Counted from the stretch's first letter, positions 48,499 through 58,914 are shown. The stretch: DNA of 64,000 nt from Spirochaetota bacterium (GCA_050298055.1 JBNKTL010000023.1:19855-83854); one strand, 5' to 3'. Program-made: numbers and translations. The notes: generated by a model not told the origin, from the letters alone.

Positions 48499-49746
48499 AT
48501 GTCACCTAACAGCAAAAACAGCGCTCTCAACGCCGTCAACTCATACTTTAACAGGGCGGCGGATATCCTCGAAATACCGGAAAACTACAGGGAACTCTAC
48601 ACGCGTTCCTGGAGAGAACTCCAGATCGCGGTCCCCATAACAGATGACAGCGGGACCATGCGGGTCTACAACGGTTTCAGGGTACAGCACTGCGGCGCCC
48701 GGGGACCCTACAAGGGGGGGATACGCTTCCATCCCCAGGTAGACCTGGACGAGGTGAGGGCCCTGGCATCGCTCATGACATGGAAAAGCGCCCTCATGGA
48801 CCTCCCCTTCGGCGGCGCAAAGGGGGGTATTGCCGTTGATCCGGATATGCTTTCCCACAGGGAACTCCACTCCCTTACCGTGAGGTTTATGACCAATGTG
48901 GACCATCTTATCGGCCCCCAGAGAGACATCATGGCCCCAGACATGGGGACCAATCCCATGGTCATGGGCTGGATGATGGACGCCTACGGGAATATCCACG
49001 GATATAATCCCGCCATTGTAACGGGAAAACCGGTCACCCTGGGGGGGATATCCCAGAGGATCAGCGCAACAGGCACAGGTGTTGCCCTGATCGCAAAACA
49101 TCTTCTTAAGAGCAGGAACACCGGCATTGAGGGAAAAAGGGTCGCCGTTCAGGGTTTCGGCAACGTGGGAAGCTATGCCGCCGAACTTCTGGCCCGAATG
49201 GGAGCAAAGGTTGTGGCCGTATCCGATAAAAACGGGGGCCTTTACAGCAGTGCCGGTCTGAAAATCGGGGAACTGGTGGATTACCTGAAGGAGAAGAAGA
49301 CCCTCACCGGCTGCAGATGCGGTGACAGGATAAGCAACGAAGAACTTCTGGCCCTGGAGTGCGACATTCTGGTCCCCGCGGCCCTGGGACATGTGATCAC
49401 AGAGGAGAACAGGGAAACAATCAAAGCCAAATACATCGTGGAAGGGGCAAATGCCCCGGTAACCCCGGAGGCGGATGAATACCTGGTCAACAACGGCACA
49501 ATTATAGCTCCCGACATCCTCGCAAACGCGGGAGGGGTCACGGCTTCATACTTTGAGTGGGTCCAGAACATCCAGGCCTTTCACTGGAAGTCCCGGACAG
49601 TTGAACTGGAACTGGACACAATAATGGGAGACGCCTTCCAGGCAGTGGTTGATACCGCTGAAAAATATAATGTCAACTACAGGCTGGCATCGTACATTAT
49701 TGCCGCGGAGAGGGTCCACAGGGCGAGTCTGGACAGGGGGGTGTAG
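48499..49746 (+). CDS. gdhA: Glu/Leu/Phe/Val dehydrogenase (glutamate dehydrogenase)
   Basis: RGPYKGGIRFHP, LPFGGAKGG, APDMGT, QGFGNVG, EGANAP and NAGGVTASYFEWVQN. Confidence 0.9.
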   Translation: MSPNSKNSALNAVNSYFNRAADILEIPENYRELYTRSWRELQIAVPITDDSGTMRVYNGFRVQHCGARGPYKGGIRFHPQVDLDEVRALASLMTWKSALMDLPFGGAKGGIAVDPDMLSHRELHSLTVRFMTNVDHLIGPQRDIMAPDMGTNPMVMGWMMDAYGNIHGYNPAIVTGKPVTLGGISQRISATGTGVALIAKHLLKSRNTGIEGKRVAVQGFGNVGSYAAELLARMGAKVVAVSDKNGGLYSSAGLKIGELVDYLKEKKTLTGCRCGDRISNEELLALECDILVPAALGHVITEENRETIKAKYIVEGANAPVTPEADEYLVNNGTIIAPDILANAGGVTASYFEWVQNIQAFHWKSRTVELELDTIMGDAFQAVVDTAEKYNVNYRLASYIIAAERVHRASLDRGV

Positions 49747-49839
49747 GTAAAAAAAAGGAGAAAAGTTTTAATTAATACAGGTTCAGAGTCGTATTAATGT
49801 TTTGAACGGACAGTCATTCCGTTTTAAAACATTTGGAGG

Positions 49840-50295
49840 TTGGATACCATGAGGACCACTATAAATATTGACACTGCACTGCTTATTAAATTACAAGAGG
49901 CAATAATTGAAATTGATCTGCCAAAAGATAAACTGATCGCACGTTTAATATCACGGATCATTAATAAAAACAGTTTTGACCCAAAACCATATACAACAGT
50001 GAAATACCAGGAGAGCAGTTCGGAGAGAAAATGGAAAATTGAACATATAAATCTGGAGCCAGAATTCTATGAGAAAGCTCTGGATTTACGGAGGCATTTT
50101 AAGTTTTCAGTTTCCTGGTTTATTGCTTTTGCTATTATGTATTATCTTGATGAATTAATTAGTGATTTGAGTAATCCAGAAAATAGTGAAAAAAACATGG
50201 ATAACTATTTGAGAGATTACGCATATATTTCTAAAATGATAGGCAGTAAAAGCGTATTTATCACAATACTGGAAACAGAGGGAAAAAAAACCTGA
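49840..50295 (+). CDS. DUF1564-like hypothetical (possible DNA-binding) protein
   Basis: MRTTINI, TVKYQ and YEKALDLRRHFKFSVSWFIAFAIMYYLDEL; GGAGG RBS. Confidence 0.55.
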   Translation: MDTMRTTINIDTALLIKLQEAIIEIDLPKDKLIARLISRIINKNSFDPKPYTTVKYQESSSERKWKIEHINLEPEFYEKALDLRRHFKFSVSWFIAFAIMYYLDELISDLSNPENSEKNMDNYLRDYAYISKMIGSKSVFITILETEGKKT

Positions 50296-50510
50296 AAGAA
50301 CCATCTCATTATTCAGATATTACAAAATTTCTTTAAAAAAACAACACCGGTTCTCGTCCCGGAAGTTCAATCACGCTCCCAATAATTCAAAGAGACATAA
50401 AATTTTCCTTGAAGATTTTCTCCCGTGATCTAAACTCCCCTCCATGAATGATGCATGAAATCAAAGCCGGACCGAAACCCGGTCCCGGGCCGCAGCAGGA
50501 GAGGATATCC

Positions 50511-51353
50511 ATGAAACCGATACATATTGAAGCCACAACACTTGAGGACGCATGGTTCCAGTGCGTTTACGCGGCACTGGAGCATGGACGGGAGTTCACA
50601 ATTGACAGCGGAAGCTACCAGGGGGACAAAAGACTCGAGTTTGACTATATCACAGTACATATTAAAACACCGGGTATCCATCCCCTGCTCCCCCAGGTCC
50701 CGGCACAGTATAATATACCAAACCCCGTTGATGACGACTACATCAACGACTACCTCCCCTATCTCATGACCGGGAATGTCAAGGAGGGTGAGTCGTATAC
50801 CTACGGCCAGAGGATCTGCGCGGACAATGCCGGTTTTATCCTGGATGATATCAACAGGATGAAAAAAGACTCCGAGAACCCCCATGACATCTATGTTACC
50901 GAAGAGGAGATATGGGAGGACCCGGAGGGAAAAATTATATCCGGTACCGGACCCCGCAGAGATAAGGAGATAAGAGGAAAGTTTCTCAACCAGATGGAAC
51001 TGGCCATCTGGACATATAAAAACAGGGGCCACAGGACAAACCAGATGATCCTGCAGGTGGGTCAGCCTACTGATATGCTTTTAAAAGATCCTCCCTGCCT
51101 CCGCCATATCGATACACGGATACAGGACGGAAAACTTCACTTCTACCCCTATTTCAGGAGCTGGGACCTCTGGGGCGGGTTCCCCGCCAACCTCGCGGGG
51201 ATACAAATGATGAAGGAGTATATGGCCGCGGAGATCGGCGTTGAGGACGGAGAGATCATAGCTGCCAGCAAGGGGCTTCACCTCTACAACTATGTTGTTG
51301 AGCTTGCGGAGATCGTCCGGGGTAAGACACGGGAGGAATTCGGCAGGGAGTGA
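50511..51353 (+). CDS. thyA: Thymidylate synthase, archaeal-like ThyA
   Basis: YTYGQR, DPPCL (catalytic Cys), FRSWDLWGGFPAN and GLHLY. Confidence 0.8.
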   Translation: MKPIHIEATTLEDAWFQCVYAALEHGREFTIDSGSYQGDKRLEFDYITVHIKTPGIHPLLPQVPAQYNIPNPVDDDYINDYLPYLMTGNVKEGESYTYGQRICADNAGFILDDINRMKKDSENPHDIYVTEEEIWEDPEGKIISGTGPRRDKEIRGKFLNQMELAIWTYKNRGHRTNQMILQVGQPTDMLLKDPPCLRHIDTRIQDGKLHFYPYFRSWDLWGGFPANLAGIQMMKEYMAAEIGVEDGEIIAASKGLHLYNYVVELAEIVRGKTREEFGRE

Positions 51354-51371
51354 CGGATAAAATCCGGAGGC

Positions 51372-53954
51372 CTATTCTTTAAACAGGATGATCTCCACGC
51401 GCCTGTTCTTTTTTCTCCCTTCAGGGGAACTGTTGTCGGCCACGGGACTGGACGCGCCCATACTCCTGTAGTTCACGTTCTCTTTTTTACAGGCGCCTGC
51501 AGATACCAGGTACTTCACAACCGCGCCGGCCCTCTTGCCGGAAAGCAGCTTCCTCCCGGTCTCGGTACCGGAACCGAAACGGGCCGTGTACCCGGCAACC
51601 CGGACCTCACTGCCTCTGTGGAGAGCAAGGAGAGAAGCGATCCCATCAAGCTTTTGAACTTCAGCGGGAAGCAGTTCATCGGAGTCAGCGGGAAAGAGAA
51701 CATGCGAAAAAACGATCCTCTTCTCATCTTCCCGGAGGATAAACCTGCTTCTTTCGGGTAAGGTTTTATCCTGTATCCCCGCCCCGGTTTTTTCAGGCTC
51801 TTTCACTGCCTCTCTTTCTCCCGCAGGTTCCTCTTTCACTGCTTTATCACCGGGGAAACTCTCTTTTCCCGACTCAGTGATCTCTTCCTTCACGGGAATG
51901 ATCTTACCGGTGCCTCCTGCGAAGAAAAATGTATAGACAAGACCGGCAATAAGGACAAACAGCAGAACCGGTATGAGGACCGGGAGAATTTTCATCCCCC
52001 GGGCAGTAACCGGTTTCCCCTTCATTGTTTCAATAGTGGAAAATTCTTTTTCCGGGACGGGAAATATTTTTCGGTCCGGGTCCTCTCTCTTCCCGGTAAC
52101 CGCTTCTCTCTTTTCGGCAGCGGACATTTTTTCCTCCGGAGCGGGAGCTGCCTTCCGGTCCGGCTCCTCTCTCTTCCCGGCAACCGGTTTCCTCATATCA
52201 GCAGTGGAAGTTATATACTCCGGTGCAGTTGTTTTTTGGACCACGTCCTCTCTCTTCTCAGTGGCAGGTTCTCTCTTTTCCGGAGATTGATATTCCGGTT
52301 CCCGCAGGTCATCTTCTTTCAAAACAGCCGGTTCTTTTCCAGGGACCGCATCCTGTTTTCCGGTTTCATCTTCACCGGAAAATCTTTCCTCTTTCACCGC
52401 CGGCTCTTCTTTTTCCTCTTCTGCGGAAGTATCTGTTTTTTCCGGTATATCCTTCATTTCATCCGCGTCTTCCGCTGCTGTTTCAACCGGTGCCTCCGGT
52501 ACGGGAATCTCTTCAGGAACGGTCTCTTTTTCAACGGGAAGAATTTCACCCTTTTCCTCTTCACGGTGTTCTATAAGACTAAATTCAATCTTCTCATAGT
52601 TTTTTAACATTGCTTCGATATTAAGGATAAGCTTGAGCTTTTCGTCCCAGTAACATCCGTAGACAAAAAGGTGCCTGTATTCCCTCTGTCCCTCTCTCTC
52701 GACTCTCTTCCAGTCAAGAACCTTCTCAACGGCAATAACCAGGCGCAGATTCCCGTTTACAAGGAACACCATGTCCCTGTATGTGGCACGGTATGAACTC
52801 TCTCCCGACCAGAGCGCCAGGTCCAGGACCGGCAGGAGCTCATCTTTGTAGAAGAGTAACCCCGGAATCATGGCCGGAAGGCCCGGGAAATCACTGTACC
52901 CCATAAAACTGAAACACTCCATCACCTCTTCCCGGGGCAGGCCGTAGCAATTTCCCCCAAATTCAAACTCCATTATCTCGATAACGTCATTGAGAAATAC
53001 CGAAAGGAAACCCGAAGAGGGAACATACAGCTCTTTAAATTTCTCCCTCTCCTGTATATCCCCCACTTCATCAAGTACTCCGTAAAGATCAACCAGCGGG
53101 TAGAAGTTCCCGTCATCAACAAAGGCATGGCTCCATCCTCCGCAGCGGGCTACAGGGGGCAGTTCTCTGAGAGGCATATGAGCGGGATCGATCTCCCCTG
53201 CCCGGGTATCGGCTAGTAACCCCACATTCGTATCCCCCGCTGCTGATACAACAAAAAGCCGGTCGCCTCCTTTATCTTCACCGTTTTCGAATAGTTGTAT
53301 AACCGGAATTATGCCCTCACGGTAACGGGTAAGGCCCGCGACACGGTCCGGATAAAAAGAAACCGGGGCAACGGGGGCCTTAACAATTTCACTTTCCGGA
53401 AGCATATAATCGGGGATGCAGAACCATCGGGGACCGCAGCCGTACCGGGAATAGCTCTTCGCACCGGCAACATCTTTTTTTCCGGGACCTGCGATTTTTA
53501 AGGAGATCCCCGGGTCCGGGAGGTCCTGCTCCTGCATCCTGTCCTGGAGTTCACGGATATTGAGAAGGGGAAAAGGTTTCCCGTCAATGATAACAGCAGA
53601 ATCAAGCAGCGGGGACCGGATATATTCGGGAAGAGACAGGCATAATTCGGGGACCCGCGGCTCATCACAGATATGGTTGATAAAGAAACCGTGAACTTTA
53701 TCGGTTTCAGATATGACAAATACCTGTTTGGCGCTTTCAAAATCACCGGATTTGCCGCCGAGAAAGCGGGCGATATCATAGAGATAGAAGAGATCATCAC
53801 CCAGAGTGGTAACGAATATCCTGCGGTCCTCCGGGCCGGAGGGAAGGAGCATAAGCTCAACGGGAATGAAGTGATTTATGACCTCGTCCTCCCCTACCGC
53901 ATACCTGAAGCTGTCGAAGTTGACCAGGTAAACCTTCTTTAGTTTTTCATCCAT
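51372..53954 (-). CDS. Fusion protein: 3 CheW-like domains, acidic linker, TM, OmpA-like peptidoglycan-binding domain
   Basis: CheW patterns (YGLPREEVME..GLLFYKDELLPVLDL; AGLTRYREGIIPVIQL..VGLLAD); TM ILPVLIPVLLFVLIAGLVYTFFF; LFPADS..GYTA..LSGKRAGAV..GASSPVADN..GRKKNRRVEI. Confidence 0.8.
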   Translation of the reverse strand: MDEKLKKVYLVNFDSFRYAVGEDEVINHFIPVELMLLPSGPEDRRIFVTTLGDDLFYLYDIARFLGGKSGDFESAKQVFVISETDKVHGFFINHICDEPRVPELCLSLPEYIRSPLLDSAVIIDGKPFPLLNIRELQDRMQEQDLPDPGISLKIAGPGKKDVAGAKSYSRYGCGPRWFCIPDYMLPESEIVKAPVAPVSFYPDRVAGLTRYREGIIPVIQLFENGEDKGGDRLFVVSAAGDTNVGLLADTRAGEIDPAHMPLRELPPVARCGGWSHAFVDDGNFYPLVDLYGVLDEVGDIQEREKFKELYVPSSGFLSVFLNDVIEIMEFEFGGNCYGLPREEVMECFSFMGYSDFPGLPAMIPGLLFYKDELLPVLDLALWSGESSYRATYRDMVFLVNGNLRLVIAVEKVLDWKRVEREGQREYRHLFVYGCYWDEKLKLILNIEAMLKNYEKIEFSLIEHREEEKGEILPVEKETVPEEIPVPEAPVETAAEDADEMKDIPEKTDTSAEEEKEEPAVKEERFSGEDETGKQDAVPGKEPAVLKEDDLREPEYQSPEKREPATEKREDVVQKTTAPEYITSTADMRKPVAGKREEPDRKAAPAPEEKMSAAEKREAVTGKREDPDRKIFPVPEKEFSTIETMKGKPVTARGMKILPVLIPVLLFVLIAGLVYTFFFAGGTGKIIPVKEEITESGKESFPGDKAVKEEPAGEREAVKEPEKTGAGIQDKTLPERSRFILREDEKRIVFSHVLFPADSDELLPAEVQKLDGIASLLALHRGSEVRVAGYTARFGSGTETGRKLLSGKRAGAVVKYLVSAGACKKENVNYRSMGASSPVADNSSPEGRKKNRRVEIILFKE

Positions 53955-54048
53955 ATGTTTTCTTTTACCCTCTCCGGGTAAAATTTAATCATGAAAAAAT
54001 CTCAATGTCAAACACAATTGAATATTAATTCCGTGTTAAAGGCCATTC

Positions 54049-54268
54049 TGTCATCATGAGGAACGAAGTGGCGTAATGATCTGCTCCCCTCGATACAATT
54101 TGCCGCACTTTATAAAGAGCATAAATCACTGTATTAAGAAAAGCGGCAAATCACTCGGGGAACACAACAGGTGCTCATCGAGTGATCCTGCATCTCGATA
54201 TGCTATTTCCCAACTACTGCAGAGAGCAGGATCGTATCGAGATGAGCAACGCTTCGCTCTCTATGACA
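54049..54268 (+). repeat. Composite palindromic element, copy 2, with complete outer TGTCAT...ATGACA inverted termini
   Basis: 54081-54268 matches 484-670; outer arms TGTCATCATGAGGAACGAAGT / ACGCTTCGCTCTCTATGACA. Confidence 0.9.
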
Positions 54269-54366
54269 ACAATCCGAAGCTGAGCCAGGCTCCGAAGCAG
54301 GTTTTAGAAATTTAAGGAACACGGAGAAAAGTCAATTTAAACAGGATTTATGTAAGGTTTTCCTGC

Positions 54367-55116
54367 CTACTGGTGAGTGAGGATCTGGCTGAGAAAAAGC
54401 TTCGTCCTCTCCTCCTTTGGGTTGTTGAAAAAATCACCGGTTGTGTTCTCCTCGACGATGTTCCCGTCGGAGAAGAAAATGATCCTGCTGGCGACCTCCC
54501 GGGCAAATCCCATCTCATGGGTCACCACAATCATTGTTATCCCCGAACGGGCAAGTTCTCTCATCACATCGAGGACCTCTTTGATCATTTCGGGATCAAG
54601 GGCGGAGGTAGGCTCATCGAAGAGCATGATCTTCGGCTGCATTGCAAGCGCCCGGGCGATGGCAACCCTCTGTTTCTGCCCCCCCGAGAGCTGCCCGGGA
54701 TACTTATCCGCCTGTTCCGGGATACCCACCCGCTCAAGAAGGTCCATGGCTATACCGGTTGCTTTTTCCCGGGGCCATTTCCTGACCCAGATGGGCGCCA
54801 GTGTTATATTGTCAATGACCTTCAGGTGGGGGAAGAGGTTAAAGTGCTGGAAGACCATCCCTATCTCGCACTGGACCTTGTGGATGTTCTTCAGGTCACC
54901 GGTGAGTTCTATACCGTCAACAATAATATCTCCCCGCTGGTGTTCCTCCAGCCTATTGATGGTGCGGATAAAGGTGGACTTCCCGCTCCCCGAGGGCCCG
55001 CAAATCACCACCACCTCCCCCCTCTCCACGCGAAGGTTCACCCCGCGGAGGACATGAAAGTCCCCGAACCACTTGTGGACATCATTGCAGATGATGATAT
55101 GGTCTTTATTATTCAC
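54367..55116 (-). CDS. Polar amino-acid ABC transporter ATP-binding protein (AapP/GlnQ-like)
   Basis: [37 protein letters not shown] and THEMGFA. Confidence 0.95.
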   Translation of the reverse strand: MNNKDHIIICNDVHKWFGDFHVLRGVNLRVERGEVVVICGPSGSGKSTFIRTINRLEEHQRGDIIVDGIELTGDLKNIHKVQCEIGMVFQHFNLFPHLKVIDNITLAPIWVRKWPREKATGIAMDLLERVGIPEQADKYPGQLSGGQKQRVAIARALAMQPKIMLFDEPTSALDPEMIKEVLDVMRELARSGITMIVVTHEMGFAREVASRIIFFSDGNIVEENTTGDFFNNPKEERTKLFLSQILTHQ

Positions 55117-55329
55117 GGATATTATGTTCTCCCTTATATACTGCCATTGATGTTTTTTTTCGTTGATACATAAAGAGTTCCGGGTTACAGGTTACAGGTT
55201 ACCGATCTTCGGGAACAGGGTTGCAATCTCTGTATAAAAGTTATTGTTTAATGGTTTTTTTCAAGTAGAATTTATTGTGTAATCGACAAGAGAGACAGAA
55301 GCAGGATAAATAAGATCAATAGATTATCA

Positions 55330-55731
55330 TCACTTTTTCTCAAGATCTCGAAAGAACCTCTCCTTACCGGTCCACTGAATGATATCTATCTCAAAACCAT
55401 CAGGGTCTTTTAAGTAAAACTGTCGTGAATATTCTTTAACAATAATTTTCTGATTTTCTTCGGCATACCCTTCCTTTATCATCTTAGCAAGGAACTCATC
55501 GGCATTATCCACCGAATACCCCATATGTCTGAAATTTTTATCATCAATGGAAAAATCCGGTTTTTCAGAAATAAAGAATTCATGATCAGCTCCTTTAAGG
55601 ATAGCATACCTCTTTCCATTATCTTTTACACCACGGTCAATGAGCTCATAACCGAGAACATCTCCGTAAAATGAAATATGTTTTTCAATATCCGAAACAT
55701 ACCTGTTGATGTGATCAATTTTGGGATACAT
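55330..55731 (-). CDS. VOC/glyoxalase-family protein
   Basis: IDHIN.YVSD..ISFY..VLG, HMGYSV and FYLKDPDGFEIDII. Confidence 0.88.
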   Translation of the reverse strand: MYPKIDHINRYVSDIEKHISFYGDVLGYELIDRGVKDNGKRYAILKGADHEFFISEKPDFSIDDKNFRHMGYSVDNADEFLAKMIKEGYAEENQKIIVKEYSRQFYLKDPDGFEIDIIQWTGKERFFRDLEKK

Positions 55732-55770
55732 CCCCGCCCTCACTTATTTTCAGTAATCAGGTCAAACTCA

Positions 55771-58044
55771 TTAAAGCCGTTCATTAATGATTTCCGGAGA
55801 ATCACGGTTCTTTTTGTAAAAAACCCGGAAATCAGCATCTATTTTCTCTTTGATATACTTTTGAAGCATTACGGTTAAATTTTCAAAAAGCTCTTCCTGG
55901 TAATGGCCGAGAGTCTTTCCCTCCTCCTTCGGAGTATATGACATCACATTGGTATACAGCCTTGATTCATCTTCACTCTGGTATCCGAAATCAATGCTCT
56001 CCCAGGCAACACCTTCATTATTATGAGCCAAAAGAAAGATCCGGTAAACGGGAAAGGGAAGGTCTGTATTCCACTCAATGACCAGGGCATTGTATCTTTT
56101 CAAGTCCATCTCTTCAATCCTGCTGCAGATCCTCCGGAAACTCCTCTCTTTGACAATATCATATGCTTTTCCAATATAGGAATCTTCCCGTGCATAGGAT
56201 ACATAAGCTTCAGCCTCATCATAAGGCATCAGCCGCTCAGGATCATCTCCCGCGTAAAAGGAAGTGATTTGACTCAGCCGGTTATCAGAATCATAATCAA
56301 ACCGATAAATGATATAATCCTCTATTTTTAATTTCTCATGAAAGACGATCCGTTTTTTCAGGCATGACACCACTCTCCCCTCTTCATGGTCAAAATGCAT
56401 TTCGGATAGTTCCGGGAAAACCGAAATTTCCCTGTAATACAGGGGGAGCCCGTTTTTTAACTCCAGCCTGCCGATTTGGTCGAGTTTCCCCGATTCATCA
56501 ACCAGGTATTCAATAATCCGGTTTTCTTCATGGACATAGTAAAATCCCTTTTTATAACCTTCCGTGGAATAAAAGACCATTGAAACGATATTTCCCCGGG
56601 AAAAAAAGTATTCATAATAGACATCCCCCCCGGGTTTCTTTGTATACTCATCATGGAGGGTGAGTTCATGGTCCACGGAGGGCTCCCCGTCTTTTATTTC
56701 CCTGTGAAAGGGTTTTAAATGAAACATCTGATCCCGGGAATAATAAACCTGTAAACCGGCGGAAGAAAAATCAGCCCTGATTTTTAATGCCTTTGCCTCT
56801 TCATCACTGATTTCAGAATTAATCTCCTCAATCAACAGCATGTCTTCAGCCGGCAGGCCCGATGCCTCTTCATGTTCCTCTACCATTTTTTCAATGGCAG
56901 ACTTTTCAGGGAGAGGTAAAAGTTTTTCCAGGTAATCCCACTCATTGCATTCTTCAAAGTCCCGGGCGGTAACATGGAAGCCCTCTGCCAGGGGTATCAG
57001 TGAACCGGAGAGGATAATCTCCCTGAGAGTTTCAGAGATTTCATAATAAGCATCAAATGTCATCTGTTTGTACTTTTCATACTCGCAATCGGCCAAAAGC
57101 CGTGAATTCACCTCATGAAAGAGAGCTTCACCATTATGATAAAAGTCAATAACAGGCTTATCATATTCAGAAAAGTATTCCAGGTCGGGAGCATTATATA
57201 CGGAGAGAGGATGAAGCCCCTCTTCACGGGCGGCAAGAAGTTCAGCGGTCTGGGCAAAGGCCACTGTGGGGGGAAAAGGAGACTGCAGGGTGTATTCAAG
57301 GAGCATAAATTCGATTTCGTTTTCAATGCATTCCTGTTCTTTCAGCGAACCGACAAGGGTGCTTATTATAAGCTCCTTTGTTTCTGTTATCAGCTGATCA
57401 ATATTTTTCTCGTTATTAACTTCCTCATATACTATCCGCTCCCTGTCTCCCCGGGGTTTTTCCAGGATTTTCTCAACACTGCCGTTTTCCGGAGAGATAT
57501 AAAAAGAGAGTTGGGACATGAATTCACTGTTGTCCGCATTCAGCCCGCTGTATTTTTTCCCGATAATCACATTATCTTCCATAAAATATTCAACTTTCAG
57601 ATAACCATACATTCCGCTTGATTCGAATAAATGAGGGAAACCGTTTTCATTATTAATGAGACGTTCCGCGAAAACCGGTTTTATCTCCTGGTCATTAACA
57701 TAGACCATGCTTCGCATTCTCATATCACCCTCATATTCAAAAAAACTGTCGTAAGAGACAGTCCGGGAAAAACTCTCCCGGGCAAAGAGAAGCCTGTTGT
57801 CACTTATTAAACAGAGGTGGATCTCACTCTCCCCGGGAACCTCCTCGGGGGTCGGGAAAAAACTGCACTGGCTTTCCCGGATGCTGTTCATCAGGTGATA
57901 AAAGGGTTCCAGTTGAAAAAAATCAATGGGCGCATAGGCAACAGTGCCCTCTTTTGATTCAACGCCGTTTAAAAGTGCCTGATAATTTTGCGTGAGTTCA
58001 TTATAGATCTGTCCAATAGGTTTCATCCTTTCCCTGTTTATCAA
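55771..58044 (-). CDS. Large acidic hypothetical protein, apparently internally duplicated
   Basis: 757-aa ORF; FQLEPF/FHLKPF and NGFP/NGLP at similar offsets in the two halves. Confidence 0.75.
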   Translation of the reverse strand: MINRERMKPIGQIYNELTQNYQALLNGVESKEGTVAYAPIDFFQLEPFYHLMNSIRESQCSFFPTPEEVPGESEIHLCLISDNRLLFARESFSRTVSYDSFFEYEGDMRMRSMVYVNDQEIKPVFAERLINNENGFPHLFESSGMYGYLKVEYFMEDNVIIGKKYSGLNADNSEFMSQLSFYISPENGSVEKILEKPRGDRERIVYEEVNNEKNIDQLITETKELIISTLVGSLKEQECIENEIEFMLLEYTLQSPFPPTVAFAQTAELLAAREEGLHPLSVYNAPDLEYFSEYDKPVIDFYHNGEALFHEVNSRLLADCEYEKYKQMTFDAYYEISETLREIILSGSLIPLAEGFHVTARDFEECNEWDYLEKLLPLPEKSAIEKMVEEHEEASGLPAEDMLLIEEINSEISDEEAKALKIRADFSSAGLQVYYSRDQMFHLKPFHREIKDGEPSVDHELTLHDEYTKKPGGDVYYEYFFSRGNIVSMVFYSTEGYKKGFYYVHEENRIIEYLVDESGKLDQIGRLELKNGLPLYYREISVFPELSEMHFDHEEGRVVSCLKKRIVFHEKLKIEDYIIYRFDYDSDNRLSQITSFYAGDDPERLMPYDEAEAYVSYAREDSYIGKAYDIVKERSFRRICSRIEEMDLKRYNALVIEWNTDLPFPVYRIFLLAHNNEGVAWESIDFGYQSEDESRLYTNVMSYTPKEEGKTLGHYQEELFENLTVMLQKYIKEKIDADFRVFYKKNRDSPEIINERL

Positions 58045-58467
58045 GAGTATTTTTTCGGCTATCAGAAGATGTTCATTCCGGATAACTATTACGTAACCGG
58101 AAGTTTTTTTGTCAAATTAAAAGGGGCCGGAATGAAAGAATTAGAGATGAAGGATAGCCGACCCAATTCCCTCCCGTGAAGCATACAGGCGGGGAGTCAC
58201 TCTATGACGGTAATCCGAACGCGGGATACCGATGAAATATTATTTTAAAAAATACTTGCAAATAAAAAGTGTAATTCAACACTGGATCTCAGAATGAATA
58301 TTCTGCACAATCACAGTCCGTAACTATCCTTACCCTCCTTATTATCCAAGATATGCTGCAAAAAATATCTTCAGCATACAAATCTGATTCTGATGTTTTT
58401 TGGAAGTAACTTCTCAAAAAAATGACAACAGTATTCCACATAATAATTATTTTACCAGGGTAGTTAA

Positions 58468-58914
58468 ATGATTTATATTAAAGACTATGTTTTAAAAGAC
58501 AATATATATTTCTTTGATTCCGGGACAAAGAATGAAGTCCTTGAAAAGCTGGTGGCATCGCTTGAATCATTAAAAGGGATTAAGAACCACAGCATATTTA
58601 AAAAAGCGGTATTTGAGAGAGAAGAGATCCTCAGTACCGGCATCGGAAACGGGGTTGCAATCCCCCACGTAAAGATGAAGGATATCGACCATTTCTTTAT
58701 CGCCATGGGTGTGATAAAGAACGGTATTGACTGGGACTCCATCGACAGCAACCCGGTCAATCTTGTTTTCCTTATCGGGGGCCCCGATAACCACGAAATG
58801 TATCTAAGAATTCTCTCCAAGCTGTTTTTAATCGTAAAAAATAAAAATGTCAGGGAAAAGCTTCTTTCATGCACGTCCCGGGGTGAAATCGTTCAATTTT
58901 TTGAGAAATATTGA
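58468..58914 (+). CDS. PTS EIIA (PtsN/fructose-type) protein
   Basis: FEREEILSTGIGNGVAIPH (phospho-His), IDWDSID..PVNLVFLI. Confidence 0.92.
   Translation: MIYIKDYVLKDNIYFFDSGTKNEVLEKLVASLESLKGIKNHSIFKKAVFEREEILSTGIGNGVAIPHVKMKDIDHFFIAMGVIKNGIDWDSIDSNPVNLVFLIGGPDNHEMYLRILSKLFLIVKNKNVREKLLSCTSRGEIVQFFEKY

Noticed and set aside
48541..49392. Long antisense ORFs (also 5875-6468, 45807-46473, 54373-55173 and others)
   Set aside because: Shadow frames of well-supported genes on the opposite strand.
50511..51353. Phage-type dCMP hydroxymethylase or DNA-modification system
   Set aside because: It has Asn rather than Asp at the specificity position, and there are no phage or modification genes nearby.
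55183..55203. GGTTACA x3 micro-tandem repeat
   Set aside because: Too short and intergenic to support a function.
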